DNA of 64,000 nucleotides from an uncultured delta proteobacterium. GTDB lineage: Bacteria; Desulfobacterota; Zymogenia; Zymogenales; Zymogenaceae. The position numbers and the translations under genes were made by a program. The stretch is from assembly GCA_963735595.1 (NCBI GenBank), contig CAVTLK010000005.1:448001-512000 (forward strand). Reading direction: 5' to 3'. Below, one piece after another: positions 9,724 to 20,306 of this stretch (position 1 is the first letter of the stretch; each line of letters opens with the position of its first letter). The notes beneath the pieces were generated by a model, which was not told the DNA's origin, ran no database searches, and was given only the letters and a program-made list of their open reading frames with translations.

Positions 9724-10499
9724 AAAAGCCCATCGTCCTGGACGTGAAAAGCCTTACGTTTGCCTATAACCACTGGCCGGTCATCGAAGACATTACGTTC
9801 AGGCTCGCCCAGGGCGACTATCTCTGGGTGATCGGGCCCAACGGGTCGGGCAAGACGACCCTCGTCAAGAACATCCTGGGTATCCTGCCGCCGAAATCGG
9901 GCGTAATCCGCCTCTTCGGGCAGGACCTCCGGGTATTTGACCAGTGGAACATGATCGCCTATGTCCCGCAGAAGATAGCGTTTTTCGACCCCTTCTTTCC
10001 CGCCTCGGTGAAAGAAGTCTGTGCAATGGGGCTCCTCTCGGAACGGGGCCGGCATCCCCGGCCGGGTGCGGGCGACGGCGCGCGGGTGGACGAGGCGCTT
10101 GAGCGCGTCGGCATCAAACATATCAGGGATCAGCGTATCGGGGAACTTTCCGGCGGTCAGCTGCAACGGGTGCTCCTGGCAAAGGCGTTGATAACGCACC
10201 CCCGGCTGCTGTTCCTGGATGAGCCGACCGCCGCCGTCGAGCCGTCCGTCAGGCAGGACTTCTTTGGGATCGTCGACGACCTGAACGCACAGGGTACCGC
10301 GATTGTCCTGATCAATCATGACATCGCGGGGATGAATATACACAACAACAAGATCCTCTATATCAATCGGCGGCAGGTCTTCTTCGGCGAGGGCGGGAAG
10401 TTCTGCCTGGCCGAGGACATGTCGGACTATTTCGGAAAATATCAGCACGTGATCTGTCACCAGCACGCGGAAGACGGTCAGGAAACGGGAGATGATTAG
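9714..10499 (+). CDS. znuC: Zinc ABC transporter ATP-binding protein
   Basis: GPNGSGKT, LSGGQLQR, LDEPT; His-rich C-terminus HVICHQH. Confidence 0.9.
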   Translation: MSVKKPIVLDVKSLTFAYNHWPVIEDITFRLAQGDYLWVIGPNGSGKTTLVKNILGILPPKSGVIRLFGQDLRVFDQWNMIAYVPQKIAFFDPFFPASVKEVCAMGLLSERGRHPRPGAGDGARVDEALERVGIKHIRDQRIGELSGGQLQRVLLAKALITHPRLLFLDEPTAAVEPSVRQDFFGIVDDLNAQGTAIVLINHDIAGMNIHNNKILYINRRQVFFGEGGKFCLAEDMSDYFGKYQHVICHQHAEDGQETGDD

Positions 10500-10543
10500 G
10501 GCGGCTGCCGCCGCGGCGCGCCCACAATGGCGGGGTTCACGGT

Positions 10544-11386
10544 ATGTTTGAGCTGTTTACCTACGGGTTTATCCAGCGGGCGATGCTCACGGGGCTCTTC
10601 GTCGGCACGGCCTGCGCGGTCCTCGGCGTATTTCTGGTGCTGAGAAGATACGCACTGATCGGCCACGGCCTGACCCACGTCGCGTTCGGGGGGGTCGCCG
10701 TCGGGCTGTTGTTCGGCGGGCAGCCCTTCTGGGCCGCGCTCGCGGTGACGCTCCTTTCCTCGTTCGGAATACTCAAGCTCCAGGAGCGGGTAAAGGTCTA
10801 CGCGGACGTGGCCATCGGGATCGTATCGGCGGTAGGCATGGCGGTAGGCGTTGTTATCGCGAGCATCGCGGGCGGCTTCAACGTCGATCTGATGAGCTAC
10901 CTCTTCGGGAGCATCCTGACGATCGGAAAGACGGAATTTATCGTTTCCGCCCTGATATCGAGCATCGTGATTGTCTTTATCCTCCTGTTTTACCACGATC
11001 TTTTTGCGATGACGTTTGACGAGGAAGCCGCCCGTGCGATGGGGATCAGGGTTGACCGGTATAACTACTTCTTCGCCGCTGTCTCGGCCTTCGTGGTGGT
11101 GGTGGGGATGCGGGTTGTGGGGTTACTGTTGGTGGCCGCCCTGATGATCCTGCCGGCCACAACCAGCCTTCAGCTCTCTCGCACGTTTCGGGGCTCTCTG
11201 ATCATCGCGGCACTTGCCGCGATACTATCGGTGGTCGCGGGGATTGTGATCTCGTTCTGGCTCGATCTCCCATCGGGGGGAACGATCGTGCTGGTCAATT
11301 TCGCCCTCTTTCTCATTGCTTTCTGGATCAAGAAGCTCTTCCTCGAAAAGGGCGCGGCCGCGCCGAATTCAACCCCTCACTCGTGA
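10544..11386 (+). CDS. znuB: Zinc ABC transporter permease
   Basis: GVFLVLRR..IGHGLTHVAFGG, YLFGSIL, VGLLLV, DLPSGGTIV. Confidence 0.9.
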   Translation: MFELFTYGFIQRAMLTGLFVGTACAVLGVFLVLRRYALIGHGLTHVAFGGVAVGLLFGGQPFWAALAVTLLSSFGILKLQERVKVYADVAIGIVSAVGMAVGVVIASIAGGFNVDLMSYLFGSILTIGKTEFIVSALISSIVIVFILLFYHDLFAMTFDEEAARAMGIRVDRYNYFFAAVSAFVVVVGMRVVGLLLVAALMILPATTSLQLSRTFRGSLIIAALAAILSVVAGIVISFWLDLPSGGTIVLVNFALFLIAFWIKKLFLEKGAAAPNSTPHS

Positions 11387-12535
11387 AACGATCACAACCG
11401 AACACAAGACAAACAGCGCAGCGCCGATAAAGAGGAAGGAGGGCCCGAGATACTCCACGGCGGCGCCCCCGAGGACGTTGGCGATGACCAGCGACCCGTT
11501 CTGGCAGGCCATGTACAAACCGAAGAACCGGGCAGTTCGATTCGGGGGGATGAGCCGGACGAAAAAGGCGTACGCCACCGAGAGGGCTACCGAATAGCCC
11601 GCGCCGGCCCCCACCATAAGCACATAGATACCCCTCATGTCCGAGACGAAGGGGACCAGTCCCAGGACCAGGAACAGAATGAGGAGCCCTCCCATAAGGA
11701 CCGGCCGGTGTCCTATCCGATCGCCCAGGACTCCCACGGGAAATGCTAATACGACATACGTGGCGGTGGTCAGCAGGAGCGCAAAAAATGCCTGCTGGTT
11801 CGTGGCGGAAAGCAGGTCCTTGGCGGCGATGACAAAGAAGAAGTTGACCATCCAGATGCCGGTCCACCAGAAGATCATGGCCGTGAAAAACGTCCTGATC
11901 CGCCGGTCTCCCGTGATCATCTGCAGCATGCCGGGATGCGGGCCCTCTCCGCGGGTGTCCGGCGGCTCCGGGACACCGATAAAAAGGATCGTTACCGACA
12001 CGACGATTACCACCGACGTCCAAAGGAATACGAGCCGGCGGTCGGAGTCCCAGAGGGGCGCGCCGAACAGGAGGAAGAGGATGACCCCCGTTCCGCCGAC
12101 AAGAAACATGACACCGGCGGCCCTCCCCCGCCGCTCGGGCGGCGAGATATCGGCCAGAAATGCAAAATAGGGGCCCATCGTAAAGAAGAAAGCCGCAAAA
12201 AGGATTAGGATAAGGGGGATCGCGGCGGAAAGAGACGCCGCATACGGCAGGACCGCCAGGACGATCACCACGACGATCCAACCGGCGGCTATGAACGGTT
12301 TCCTCCTGCCGAGCCGCCACCGCAGGCGATCCGACATCGTCCCGGCGGCAATCGGCATGGCGATCCCAAAGATCCCCGAGGCCGACAAAACGAGCCCCAC
12401 GACGGTCTCGGAAGGTGTCAGCTCGATCAGAAAGAGGGGAAGCGTGGCGCCCAGGAAACCCCAGAAGGTCTGGACGGCGAAAAGCCCCATGGAAAAGAAA
12501 ACGAGGCGTATGAGGGGAAGGCGGTAAGGGGGCAT
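11369..12535 (-). CDS. MFS transporter (GPH/SLC45-like)
   Basis: About 12 hydrophobic segments; GTMSDRLRWRLGRRKPF and GVLGDRIGHR motif-A loops. Confidence 0.85.
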   Translation of the reverse strand: MPPYRLPLIRLVFFSMGLFAVQTFWGFLGATLPLFLIELTPSETVVGLVLSASGIFGIAMPIAAGTMSDRLRWRLGRRKPFIAAGWIVVVIVLAVLPYAASLSAAIPLILILFAAFFFTMGPYFAFLADISPPERRGRAAGVMFLVGGTGVILFLLFGAPLWDSDRRLVFLWTSVVIVVSVTILFIGVPEPPDTRGEGPHPGMLQMITGDRRIRTFFTAMIFWWTGIWMVNFFFVIAAKDLLSATNQQAFFALLLTTATYVVLAFPVGVLGDRIGHRPVLMGGLLILFLVLGLVPFVSDMRGIYVLMVGAGAGYSVALSVAYAFFVRLIPPNRTARFFGLYMACQNGSLVIANVLGGAAVEYLGPSFLFIGAALFVLCSVVIVSRVRG

Positions 12536-12646
12536 GGCACGGTATTCTATAGGAATGTGAACCTAAATCGCCGCGGGGGCCGAGACGGTGTCGCGGGCCC
12601 CCGGCACGGTATACTGCACGGCATGTATCACGATACGGCGGCAGAA

Positions 12647-14686
12647 TCAAGCCTTTTGTTGTACCGCCGGGAGCATGATCTCAAATATGCTGCCTCCCTC
12701 CGTGGGGCTGATGAGGTCAATAGCGCCCCCGTGGGCCTCGATGATCTCCTTGACGATCGCCAGCCCCAGCCCCGCCCCCTTTTCAGTCGAGGGGACGTTT
12801 CCCCCCCGGTAGAACTCCTCGAAGATCCTATTGCGCTCCTCCGGGGCCACCCCGATACCGGTATCGGCCACTGCGATGGATACCAGGGGGGGCGCGAGGC
12901 GCTTTGAATGTCCGGCGTCGGCAGGCGTTTCGCCGAAATCAGCGACGGCCGTTACCGTCATGGTGACTGACCCGCCCGTGGGCGTATATTTTAAGGCGTT
13001 CTTTATCAGGTTCGTCAGGGCGACCTCCAACAGAGAAAGGTCACCCTCGATCTTCAAGGTGTCCGCCGAGAGAATCAGGCGGTGCTCGATCTTCTTATTG
13101 GTGAGCCGCTCGTCATAATCACTGAAGACCTTTTGAGCAAGAATATGGGGGTTGACCTCGTCGCGCCGCGGCCTGATCTTACCGGAGCGGAGCCTCGTTA
13201 TGTCAAGGAAGTTTTCCATAATGAGTTTGAGCCGCTCGGACTCGGCGAAAACCGCGGTCAGATGCCTCTGAATCTTCTGGTCGTCCCGGGAGGCCTCCAT
13301 GATAAGCTGGGCGTGCCCCATGATCGTGCCGAGGGGGGTCCCCACTTCGTGGGTGAAGACGTTAATCAGGTGCGATTTGAATTCTTCGTTTTTCTTGATC
13401 TCCCCGAAAAGCCGCGCGTTTTCCATTGAGAGCGCCGCGAGGTCCGCTACGGACCTGAGCACGTCGATTTCGGAGGATTCAAAGGGCTTTTTCTCTCTCA
13501 GACGGGCAAGGCTGATGAGGCCGAAGACCTTCGCGCCCATTACAATGGGTATCAGGAGCAGCGTCTTGACGCCGGCCTGCCTGATTCGATCTTCATCGGC
13601 AAAGAAAAGCGGTACGCTGTCCACATCCTCAATGTAAAGGTGGCGCTTCTCGTTAATGACCTTCCGGTATTCGGGATAGTGGGAAAGATCGATAGGATAG
13701 GGCAGAGAAAAGCGGTCCTTCCCCTTTTCCGTTGTCGCGCGGATCACGGCACCCTGTTCGGGATCTATGGTAATAACCCCGATGCGGTCCGCGGCGACCG
13801 CCTCCCTGATGGACGTGACAAGTATAGGGAATATGTCGTCGATCGTTAGTGCCGTAGAGAGGCGCCGGGAGGTGGTATAGAGCAGGGCGAGTCCCGCGGT
13901 GAGCGTAATCCTCTCGGTCACATCGCGTGCGGTGATATGCACGGGGGTCGGCATTACCTCGTGCACGAAAGCCCCTCCGTTGACCTCCATAAAGCGGTAG
14001 CCGCCCTTCTTATCTCTCATCCTGATCAGGCGGGGGAGGGCGGGTGACGACGACGAAGTCAAATCGGCGATAAGATGTTCGGCGTCGTTGCGATCGTCGG
14101 GATGAACCAGGTTCAGGAAATCCGGGTCTTTGGCGGCTGTGCCTACGTCAAGATTCATGCGTGCGGCGGAATTGGCTTCAAGCACCGTTCCTTTGCGATC
14201 CAGGATGAACGTCGGATCCGCGTATTCCTCAAAGAGAAGGCGGTAACGGCGGCTCAGCGACTCTATGTGCTCCGTGCTTTGCTTGAGCCTGACGAAGTTC
14301 TCCACCTTCTTAAGGAAGATATCCGGGTCAAACGGCTTAACAATATAGTCGACGGCGCCCAGCTGAAGCCCCTGCAACATTCGTTCGGAGTCGGTATGGA
14401 TGGCGGAGATGAAGATTATTGGAACGTCGGCAAGCGAGCGGATCTCCCTGAGACGCCGCGATGTGTCGAACCCGTCGATGCCCGGAAGGTTGATATCGAT
14501 GATTATGAGATCGAAAACGGACGGCGATTCCCCAAGGGACGATAGCGCCGCGAAGGGATCGGCAAATCCCGCCACGTCGTATCCTTCCCGCTTCAATATC
14601 CGCCCGACCGCCGAGAGCACCGACGGATCGTCTTCTATGAGGATGACGGCGCCTTTTCTTATCACGGTAATGACTCCCATCGGCAT
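12647..14686 (-). CDS. Soluble hybrid sensor histidine kinase (REC-PAS-GAF-HisKA-HATPase)
   Basis: LIEDD..DINLPGIDG..KPF receiver, VHPDDR PAS, GAF region, THEVGTPL H-box, NLIKNALKY, DTGIG, GAGLGL. No TM segment. Start uncertain (14686 or 14746). Confidence 0.9.
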   Translation of the reverse strand: MPMGVITVIRKGAVILIEDDPSVLSAVGRILKREGYDVAGFADPFAALSSLGESPSVFDLIIIDINLPGIDGFDTSRRLREIRSLADVPIIFISAIHTDSERMLQGLQLGAVDYIVKPFDPDIFLKKVENFVRLKQSTEHIESLSRRYRLLFEEYADPTFILDRKGTVLEANSAARMNLDVGTAAKDPDFLNLVHPDDRNDAEHLIADLTSSSSPALPRLIRMRDKKGGYRFMEVNGGAFVHEVMPTPVHITARDVTERITLTAGLALLYTTSRRLSTALTIDDIFPILVTSIREAVAADRIGVITIDPEQGAVIRATTEKGKDRFSLPYPIDLSHYPEYRKVINEKRHLYIEDVDSVPLFFADEDRIRQAGVKTLLLIPIVMGAKVFGLISLARLREKKPFESSEIDVLRSVADLAALSMENARLFGEIKKNEEFKSHLINVFTHEVGTPLGTIMGHAQLIMEASRDDQKIQRHLTAVFAESERLKLIMENFLDITRLRSGKIRPRRDEVNPHILAQKVFSDYDERLTNKKIEHRLILSADTLKIEGDLSLLEVALTNLIKNALKYTPTGGSVTMTVTAVADFGETPADAGHSKRLAPPLVSIAVADTGIGVAPEERNRIFEEFYRGGNVPSTEKGAGLGLAIVKEIIEAHGGAIDLISPTEGGSIFEIMLPAVQQKA

Positions 14687-14732
14687 AATAGCACGTTCGA
14701 TCGTCAAAGGCAAACGGATCGGAGCCAGGGTA

Positions 14733-14761
14733 TTGAAAACGGGCAAAAGTTACTGTATAAT
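14733..14761 (+). promoter_or_regulatory. Sigma-70 promoter of the sigma-54 activator gene
   Basis: TTGAAA (14733)-17 bp-TATAAT (14756). Confidence 0.6.
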
Positions 14762-14797
14762 GCGAAAAGATGTTAATTCCGACGAAAGGGAGGATGC

Positions 14798-16174
14798 GTG
14801 GGGGGGATAAGTAAAATACTGATTGTCGAAAACGACACGCCCATGGCCGATATGCTGTCGGACTTCCTTGCCGAAAAGGGATTTGCCGCGGCTGTCGCCG
14901 GGGACGGGACGGCCGCGCTGGCGCGAATCGGGCAGGAACGGTTCGATATTATTCTCTCGGACGTGGTCATGCCGAATATGGACGGCATCGAGCTGCTGCG
15001 CCGGCTCAAGGACATAAACTGCGAGGCCACGGTGATCATGATGAGCGCCTACGGCACGATTGACAACGCCGTGGAGGCGATGAAACTGGGCGCCTACGAC
15101 TACATCTCCAAACCCTTTCGGCTCGACGAGATCCTGTTGACCATCGGCAAGGTCCAGGAGAGCCGGATGCTCCGGGACGAGAACATCCGTCTCAAGCGGG
15201 AGCTGGCCGGTAAGTACACCTTCCATGACATCATCACCAAGAATGACCAGATGCACAAGATATTCCAGACCATCAAGAAGGTGTCGGGATATTCGACGGG
15301 CATCCTGATTATGGGGGAGAGCGGCACCGGGAAAGAGCTGATAGCCCGGGCGATCCACTACGAGAGCAGTCTCCAGAGCGGCCCCTTTGTCCCGGTCAAC
15401 CTGGCCGCGATACCGGAAACCCTTCTGGAGAGTGAGCTTTTCGGTCACGTCAAGGGCGCGTTTACCGACGCCGTCAGGGATAAACCGGGCCTCTTTGAGG
15501 AGGCAAACCAGGGCACCCTCTTTCTGGACGAGATCGGGGAGCTTCCGGTCCTGCTGCAGGTTAAGCTGCTCAGGGTCCTTCAGGAGGGGGAGGTCAGAAG
15601 GGTCGGGGCGACCGGTTCGACAAAAGTCTCGGTCCGCATCATCGCTGCCACGGCCAAGGACCTCGAGCACGAGATAAGGGATGGGTCATTCCGCGACGAT
15701 CTCTACTGGAGACTGAACGTAATCTCGCTGAAGCTTCCCCCTCTCAGGGAGAGGACGGAAGATATCCCGCTTCTGGTGGAGTATTTCATCGGGAGGTTCA
15801 ACGCCAAGCTCGGTCTTTCGACAAAGGGAATCGATCGGGAGGCCCTCTCGGCGCTTATGGAATACCGGTGGCCCGGCAATATCCGGGAGCTTGAAAACTG
15901 CATGGAGCGGGCGATGATACTGTCGGACGCGGAGGTGATCAGGCAGGCCGACCTCCCCCACCAGATCGCCGGCGCGGGGGCGGCCACGGCGGGCAGCGCG
16001 GTATCCCTCTCGATGACGTCTTTTTCAATCAAGGAGGCGTCACGGACCATCGAAAAGCGGTTGATCGCCGACGCGCTGACGGCGACCGGAGGAAACCTTA
16101 CGAAGGCGGCAAAACTCCTCGAAATCAGCTACCGCGCGCTGCTCTATAAGATAAAAGAATACGGCATTCGATAG
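14798..16174 (+). CDS. NtrC/AtoC/PilR-type sigma-54-dependent response regulator
   Basis: Receiver domain, GESGTGKE, ESELFGHVKGAFTDA, LFLDEIGE, WPGNIREL, C-terminal Fis-type HTH. Confidence 0.95.
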   Translation: MGGISKILIVENDTPMADMLSDFLAEKGFAAAVAGDGTAALARIGQERFDIILSDVVMPNMDGIELLRRLKDINCEATVIMMSAYGTIDNAVEAMKLGAYDYISKPFRLDEILLTIGKVQESRMLRDENIRLKRELAGKYTFHDIITKNDQMHKIFQTIKKVSGYSTGILIMGESGTGKELIARAIHYESSLQSGPFVPVNLAAIPETLLESELFGHVKGAFTDAVRDKPGLFEEANQGTLFLDEIGELPVLLQVKLLRVLQEGEVRRVGATGSTKVSVRIIAATAKDLEHEIRDGSFRDDLYWRLNVISLKLPPLRERTEDIPLLVEYFIGRFNAKLGLSTKGIDREALSALMEYRWPGNIRELENCMERAMILSDAEVIRQADLPHQIAGAGAATAGSAVSLSMTSFSIKEASRTIEKRLIADALTATGGNLTKAAKLLEISYRALLYKIKEYGIR

Positions 16175-16340
16175 CGCCGCGCATCGAAAAAATGCGCATA
16201 CTTTTCACACTCTCTATGCACTATTTGCGCATTTCTTTGACGTGCCGCGCGCGCACCGCAAAGGGGTGCGAAAATACCTGTCATTCCAAGGAGATACGAG
16301 GCGCTGTCCGGTCATCGAATGGCAGAATTGTCCCTTTATT

Positions 16341-16356
16341 TGGCATGGATAATGCA
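16341..16356 (+). promoter_or_regulatory. Sigma-54 (-24/-12) promoter of the minor-pilin operon
   Basis: TGGCATGGATAATGCA has exact GG-N10-GC spacing and ends 25 bp before ATG 16381. Confidence 0.75.
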
Positions 16357-16380
16357 TTAAAGAAAACAGGGGTAGTCTAT

Positions 16381-17082
16381 ATGAAGCGAATCCTATTATC
16401 TATCTGTCTTCTCATCGCTTCCCCGGATCGCCGAAGAAACCGATCCGAAAGCGGCCGGCGTGCGCCTTTTCATCCGGCCGGAGGGTTTACCATCCTGGAG
16501 CTGATGACGGTCGTGGGCATCATCGCGATCCTTTCGGCGATTGCGGTCTACAGCATCAACACGAACCTCGACCGCATCAGGGCCGATACGGCGGTGCGGA
16601 GGGTCTCCCTTGCGCTCAACTACGCGCGGATACGGGCCGTCGCCGAGAACTGCAATTACGTCGTTACGTTCTCCGTCCGCACCACCCTCAACAAGGGCCA
16701 GTCCAGAAGTTATATCGAGATGCTGGCCGATCTGGATAAAGACGGCACGAAGGATTCGGGTGAAACGACCAGAATCGAGGACCTTCCGGGCGGTATCATG
16801 TACGACCTGAACGGACAACCCGATATCAATAATATCGCGGCCGACGCCCAGAATCGGGACGGGATCGCTTTTTCGGATAACAAGGTTACCTTTCTGCCCC
16901 GTGGGAACGCCGACGAAGGCGGTGAAGTCTACATAATTCCCGAGAAAAGCCTCGAAAGGAACATCAACCAAAACCGGAGGGCAATCTCTCTCGAGAGACT
17001 CTCGGGCAGGACAATCGGCTGGTTTTACCATACGTCACTGGCTGACGCAGGCAAAAACCCCTGGAAAGAGGAGGGCAAATGA
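16381..17082 (+). CDS. FimT/FimU/GspH-like minor pilin
   Basis: Prepilin site G|FTILELMTVVGIIAIL, then LNYARIRAV and VTFLPRG. Start at ATG 16381, downstream of the sigma-54 promoter. Confidence 0.85.
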   Translation: MKRILLSICLLIASPDRRRNRSESGRRAPFHPAGGFTILELMTVVGIIAILSAIAVYSINTNLDRIRADTAVRRVSLALNYARIRAVAENCNYVVTFSVRTTLNKGQSRSYIEMLADLDKDGTKDSGETTRIEDLPGGIMYDLNGQPDINNIAADAQNRDGIAFSDNKVTFLPRGNADEGGEVYIIPEKSLERNINQNRRAISLERLSGRTIGWFYHTSLADAGKNPWKEEGK

Positions 17083-17912
17083 GCCGGAGTCTAATTAAGC
17101 GAATTAACAAGGACGTCGGGAACGTCAATCGGCTTATCGGTTCCGCCTGCCGCCGCGGCTCGGCGCGCGCCGAAGGGTTTACGCTGCTGGAGACGATGAT
17201 CGCCTTGAGCATCTTTACCATCGGCATCATGGCAATCGGCGGCATGCTCGTCTATTCCACGAGGGCCCGTGTGCTCAACCGCCAGGTAAACTTCGCCGTT
17301 TCCTCGACCTACGACCGGATCGAGGAGATCAGGAAGATATCCGAAAGCGAGGTGGACGTCCGGTATAACACCGTACTGAACTTCAACTATATCCTATCCC
17401 GAGACGCCGCGTACGGCTTCATTGACAATTATGCGACCCCCGGCTTCCTCTCCGGCGCCGCCGGCTACACCGCGGCGGTGACCAGCATTGACGCCAAGGG
17501 GATATCAGCCGAAGAAAAACAGGCGCGCAAGGATAAGATCAAGATCCTCTATGACGACGGTCTTGAGATACACGGCGACGACGTGGCGGCTGACGGCATC
17601 TGGAGCTGCATCGATTACATCAACATGGATACCGGCGAGGTCAAGCCCCAGCCGGAATACGCCAACCTCACGGCGGCCGAGAAGAAGCAATGGCGCTGGA
17701 CGCTGACCCGGAGGACCGTCCTCGAGCCGATGACGCTCGTGGCGGTGGGCGGGGCGGAATACAAGCGGACGCTCTCCCACGCCACCCTGTCGGGCACGTC
17801 AACGACGGGCGCCGACGTGGCGCAGCTGACGGTGATAAGCTCGTGGACCGATATGACGGGAAATACCCGGTCGGTTAACTACAATACCCTGCTTGTCCGC
17901 GGGTCTACCTAA
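17079..17912 (+). CDS. PilV-like minor pilin
   Basis: G|FTLLETMIALSIFTIGIMAIGGM; C-terminal LTVISSWTD; ATGA overlap with the upstream gene. Confidence 0.85.
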   Translation: MSRSLIKRINKDVGNVNRLIGSACRRGSARAEGFTLLETMIALSIFTIGIMAIGGMLVYSTRARVLNRQVNFAVSSTYDRIEEIRKISESEVDVRYNTVLNFNYILSRDAAYGFIDNYATPGFLSGAAGYTAAVTSIDAKGISAEEKQARKDKIKILYDDGLEIHGDDVAADGIWSCIDYINMDTGEVKPQPEYANLTAAEKKQWRWTLTRRTVLEPMTLVAVGGAEYKRTLSHATLSGTSTTGADVAQLTVISSWTDMTGNTRSVNYNTLLVRGST

Positions 17913-18016
17913 ACGGCGGACAGTACATGGATGGGGACGGCCCGCGCGGCGGGCAAAATGGAGCGGCGGGAAACGCCCGCGGCTCATATCATGCGAACGT
18001 AACGGCGGAGGCCACC

Positions 18017-20301
18017 GTGTCTAAGAAAAAGGTTAATGTGAACCCCCTGACGGGGGCAAAGGGCGGGTATATCATGATGCTGGCGCTGATCATCATGCTT
18101 ACCCTGACCGTCATCGCCGTGGGGTACGTCTCCAACGTCATGCTGGAGACCTCCATCACCAGGAACTACCGCGTCAACCGGGACGTACTGAACGCGGCGG
18201 AAGCGGGGCTCGGCGTGGCCATGCGCATCACCCACGAAGAAATCCTCGGCCAGCTCGAGCCCTTCTCGGGCACCGCGCGGACCGAATACGAGGACGACAA
18301 CGCAACGAAGTACGGGTACCCGTTCCAGACGCTGTTTGACGATTATAACGACGTCAAAGTGAAGTACCGCGTCATCCCCGAAAACCCCGACCCGCAGAAG
18401 AACCGCTTCCTCTACCGGACGTACGTCTCCTGCTCGGAGATGATCCACTACGCCTACCCCTACGTTATCGAGGTGCTGGCCGAACCGACCAGCGGGATAG
18501 GGGGGACGCAGTACCTGAAGCGGCAGATCCGGGTCCTGGAGACGCCGCTCGTCCAGTATTTCGTCTTTTTTGACGACGACCTGCCCTGGCACCCCGGCCC
18601 GACGATGAACGCATGGGGGAGGATCCACACCAACGGCAGTATCTGGTTTTCTCCCGAGCCTACCGGCGCTATATATCTTAAGAACCTCACGAGCGGAAGC
18701 GTCATGGTCGAGCATTTCGTCACCGCCTCCGGCGTGATCTACCAGGACCGTGTGCTGGGTATGGTCCCGACGGAGACCCGCGGCGGGACCGTCCGCATGC
18801 GGGTCTATCACCTCACCTCGACAACGGATAACCAGACCCTCTATAACGCGGGAACCAACCCGGCCGGCGACTACGTGGAAATAAACGCCGACATCACCTC
18901 GGCCAACGCCGACGCCGAGAAGGCCCGCTTCACGGACCCCAACGGCTGCTCCTACGTTATGACGGGCGTCCCCAAGTCCCCGTCGATTTCGTTTAACGCC
19001 ACGTTCCGAAATGGGTTCTACGAGAGCAGGGCCCGCGCGCCGGAGCGCAGCGAGTATTTCGGGCTGACCATCGTCATCGAGGGAAACGGCGGCGGAAACT
19101 GGCCGCCGAGAAACGCCACCACCGACGTAACCGGGACGCTGCATATCTACGCCGCCACCAAGGACTTCGCCCATGACTACAAGACCTTTCCCGACGGGGT
19201 GAAGATCGAGGACGTGACATCGCAGGTGTTTTACGCCGGCAGCGACATAGCGTGCGAAACGGCGGGTTACACCGCGACAGACGGGGATATCGTCTTCTCT
19301 CCCGAGACGGTCAGGAACCCCCTTGCCCCCCCCCGCTGTTTCCGAACAGCGATATCAATCTGGCCTATCCCGTCTACCTGGAGCGCAACGACCAGCGGCA
19401 GGACATGAACGGGGTCGCCCTGACGGTAATCGACCTGGAGCGGCTGGAGAAATGGTTTTACTCCGAGTATCTCGATTCCGAGTACGACGACAACCCGGGC
19501 AACCAGTCGATCGAAAAGTTCCAGACCGACGAGATTACCGGAAACAAGACCAAGCTCGTCATCTACATCAGCCGCACCCCGACGGTCGCCGAGGTGCCGG
19601 GGTGGGCGGGGTATACCGCGGACGGCGGGCCGCCCTACCCCTATTACGACAACAAGCCCCTCCAGGTGCTGCAGGCCATCAAGATCTGGCACAGCGACGA
19701 GCTCCTCTGCCCGACCACCATCGCCAGCGACAACCCGGTCTACATCGAGGGGAACTTCAACTACAGGGTCGCCGGCGCCTATCCCCAGACGGGGTGCGCC
19801 GTCATCGCCGACCTGGTGACGCTCCTCTCCAACGACTGGCATGCTGACCTTGATATCGGCGTCCCCGAGGGAAGGCCGGCCGCGGCCAAGACCCTTGCCC
19901 TAACCGTCGCGACGAATACGTGGTACAGCGCGGCCTTTTTCACCGGAAGGGACGACCTGAACGACTTCGCCATCCGCGGCGGCGCTTTTAACGACGAGAC
20001 GGAGGGGCTCCATAACTTCCTCGGGTTCGCGGAGGACTGGAATACCATAGACTGCACGATAAACGGGTCATTCATCAACCTCTGGTTTACCCGGCAGGCC
20101 CTCGGGTTTTTCGATGTTGTATCAACCGGGGTTGACCGTGTGTACCGGCCGCCCGACCGTTTCTTCGGGTGGGACCCGGGGTACAAGGACTCACAGTACT
20201 GGCCGCCCTACTGCCCGTCGGCCTACAGCGTGGAGAGAGTCGGCTGGTACCAGGGCGACGAGTACGTAGAAGAATTCATTCAGGATCCAACCGAAGAGTG
20301 A
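18017..20301 (+). CDS. Large PilX-like minor pilin (~760 aa), frameshifted at a C9 tract (19326-19334)
   Basis: G|YIMMLALIIML..NAAEAGL PilX N-terminus; PLVQYFVFFDDDL..GRIHTNG; SDNPVYIEGNFN; GLHNFLGFAEDW; YRPPDRFFGWD. GTG 18017 follows GGAGG. Confidence 0.75.
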
Positions 20302-20306
20302 GGAAC

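Noticed and set aside
14798..16174. Gene symbol pilR
   Set aside because: The family is clear, but orthology among NtrC-type regulators cannot be judged by eye, and the neighbouring kinase is unlike PilS.
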